This document shows, piece after piece, positions 61,817-64,000 of a stretch of DNA of 64,000 nucleotides. The notes below the pieces were generated by a model that was not told where the DNA came from, did no database searches, and saw only the letters and a list, made by a program, of their open reading frames with translations. Each line of letters begins with the position of its first letter. Within the stretch, counting starts at the first letter, position 1. The translations under genes were made by a program, and so were the position numbers. The stretch lies in assembly GCF_009914755.1 (NCBI RefSeq), contig NC_060933.1, one strand, 5' to 3'. This stretch comes from the human T2T-CHM13v2.0 reference genome, Homo sapiens.

Positions 61817-63931
61817 ACATTTTCTTTAGCCACTCATCAATTGATGGGCACTTAGGTTGATTCTGTATCTTTGCAATTGTGAATTGTGCTATGATAAACA
61901 CACATGTTTATCTTCTTTATGTAATGGCTTTTCCTTTGTGTAGATACCCAGTAGTGGGATTGCTGGAATGAATGGCAGATCCACTTTTAGCTTTTTGATA
62001 AATCTCCATACTGTTTTCCATAGAGGTTTTACTACTTTACATTTCCACTAGCAGTATATAAGTGTTCCTTTTCACCATATCCGTGCCAACATATTTTATG
62101 TTTTGACTTTTTAATCATGGCCATTCTGGCTGGAGTAAACTGGTGTCTCATTGTGGTTTTAATCTGTATTTCCTTGATAATTAGTGATTTTGAGCATTTT
62201 TCATATGTTTGTTGGCCATTTATATATCTTCCTTGAGAAATGTCTAAGTTGATTGTCTACTTTTTAATGAGATTATTTATTTGTTTGTTTTCCTTGCTGA
62301 TTTGTTTGAGTTCCTTGTGCATTCTGGATATTAGTCCTTTGTCAGGTCCATAGTTTGCAAATATTTTCTCCCATTCTGTAGGTTGTTTACTGTTGATTAT
62401 TATTATTATTATGGCTATGCAGAAGCTTTAAAAATCAATTTATTAAAATAAATATATTTTAAATTAAAATTTAAATTACATTTATTAATTTTAAAACTGA
62501 ATTTTAATTTTTAATTTATTAATTTTCATTTTTGTTGCATTTGCTTTTGGAGTCTTAGTCACAAATTCTTTGCCTAGGTCAATGTCCAGGACAGTTTTTC
62601 CTAGGTTTAGTTGTAGAATTTTCAGGGTTTTAGATCTTAGATTTAAGTCTTTCATCCATTTTGAGTTAATTTTTTTATACGGTGAGAGACAGGTATCCAG
62701 TTTCATTCTTCTACATGTGGCTATCCAATTTTCCCAGCACCAGCTATTGAATAGGGTGTCCTTTCCCCAGTGTGTATATTTTTGTCTGCTTTGCTGAACA
62801 TCAGTTGGTTGTATTTAGCTTTATTCCTGTGTTCTCTATTCTGTTACATTGGTCTATATGTCTACTTTTACATCAGTACCATGCTGTTTTGGTTACTATA
62901 GCTTTGTGTATAATTTGAAGTTGAGTAATGTGATGCCTCTATATTTGTTCTTTTTGCTTTGGCTCTTTGGGATCTTATTTGGCTCCGTATGAATTTTAAG
63001 ATTCTTTTTTTGTTCTGTGAAAAATGACATTGTTATTTTGATAGGAATTGCATTGAATCTGTACATTACATTGAGCAATATGGTCATTTTCCTTATATTG
63101 ATTCTTCCAATTAATAAGCATCGGATGTTCTTCCATTTGTTTGTGTCATCTATGGTTTCTTTTATCAGTGTTTTGTAGTTATCCTTGTAGAGATGGTTCA
63201 CTTCCTTGGTTAAGTATATTCCTAGGAAGTTTGTTTTTTTTTGTTACTATTGTAAAAGAGATTGAGTTATTTATTTGATTTTCAGTTTGATTGTTGTTGG
63301 TGGTGTATAGCAGTGCTATTGATTTGTGTATATTGATTTTTGTAATCTGAGACTTTACTAAATTCATTGATCAAATCTAGGATTCTTTTGGAGGAGTCTT
63401 TAGAGTCTTTTAGGTATAAAATCATATCGTCAGCAGAGTTAGTTTGACTTTCACTTTTTCAGTTTGGATGCTCTTTAGTTCTTCTTTCTGATGGTTCTGG
63501 CGAGGACTTCCAGTACTATGCTGAATAAAGTGTTGAAAGTGAGCATCTTTGTCCTGCTCCAGTTCTTAAGGGGAAGGTTTTAAACTTTTTCCCACTTAGT
63601 ATGTTGGCTGTAGGTTTATCACATATGGCTTTTATATTTTGTGTATGTTCCTTTTATGCCTTGTTTGCTGAGGGTTATTATTATAAAGAGATGCTGGATT
63701 TTTATCAAATGCTTTTTCTCCATCTATTGAGATGATCACGTGGTTTTTGTATTTAGTTTTGTGTATGTACTGAATCATATTTATTGAATTATGTATGTTG
63801 AACCATCCCTGCATCCCTGGGATGAAACCCAGTTGATTAAAGTGAATTGTCTTTTTGATGCGCAGTTGGATTTGATTTGCTGGTATTTTGGTAAAGATTT
63901 TTGCATCTATGTTCATCAGAGATATTGGTCT
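61308..63931 (-). mobile_element. L1PB-like, 5'-truncated, about 2.6 kb
   Basis: ORF2 peptides (MNIDAKIF.., [18 protein letters not shown]) broken by frameshifts; L1PB-type 3' end caatagctttagggg. Confidence 0.85.
61681..61812. repeat. Compound (TA)/(CA)/(TG)/(TA) microsatellite
   Basis: Read directly from sequence. Confidence 0.95.
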
Positions 63932-64000
63932 GTAAGAAACTACATTTTGGAAATTGGTATATCCTGGTCACTACAGAGACATGCTTGGTTGGACGTTAGG

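Noticed and set aside
57667-63916. L1 ORF2-like ORFs (also 18781-19107 and 39675-39857)
   Set aside because: Fragmented, frameshifted, 5'-truncated L1 relics that cannot be active

Overview
Human (primate) genomic DNA lying entirely inside the SVEP1 (polydom) gene, which is transcribed on the minus strand. I mapped 14 consecutive coding exons by GT-AG boundaries and translation. They correspond to exons 4-17, about codons 322-1054; numbering comes from my recollection of the reference protein and fits the cumulative exon lengths. They encode an ephrin-receptor-like Cys-rich repeat, sushi/CCP 1-3, two HYR domains, sushi 4, a linker with a RIKR proprotein-convertase motif and the next Cys-rich repeat. 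Positions 47719-64000 are intron 3. The introns are rich in Alu, L1, L2, MIR, MaLR/ERVL LTRs, a MER53 and simple repeats. There is no prokaryote-type system, CRISPR array or structural RNA gene. The most notable observation is a full-length, sense-oriented THE1B LTR inserted exactly into the exon 9 splice donor. It duplicated GTAAG as its target-site duplication (TSD) and supplies an in-frame stop, a poly(A) signal, a DUX4-type motif and a second GTAAGT donor. Other observations: a young AluYa5 that is the lone inverted partner to ten same-strand Alus; a site hit twice by retrotransposons (triple TSD); a twin-primed L1 with a large deletion; apparent V507I and K899R coding alleles; and a candidate intronic poly(A) isoform after exon 14.
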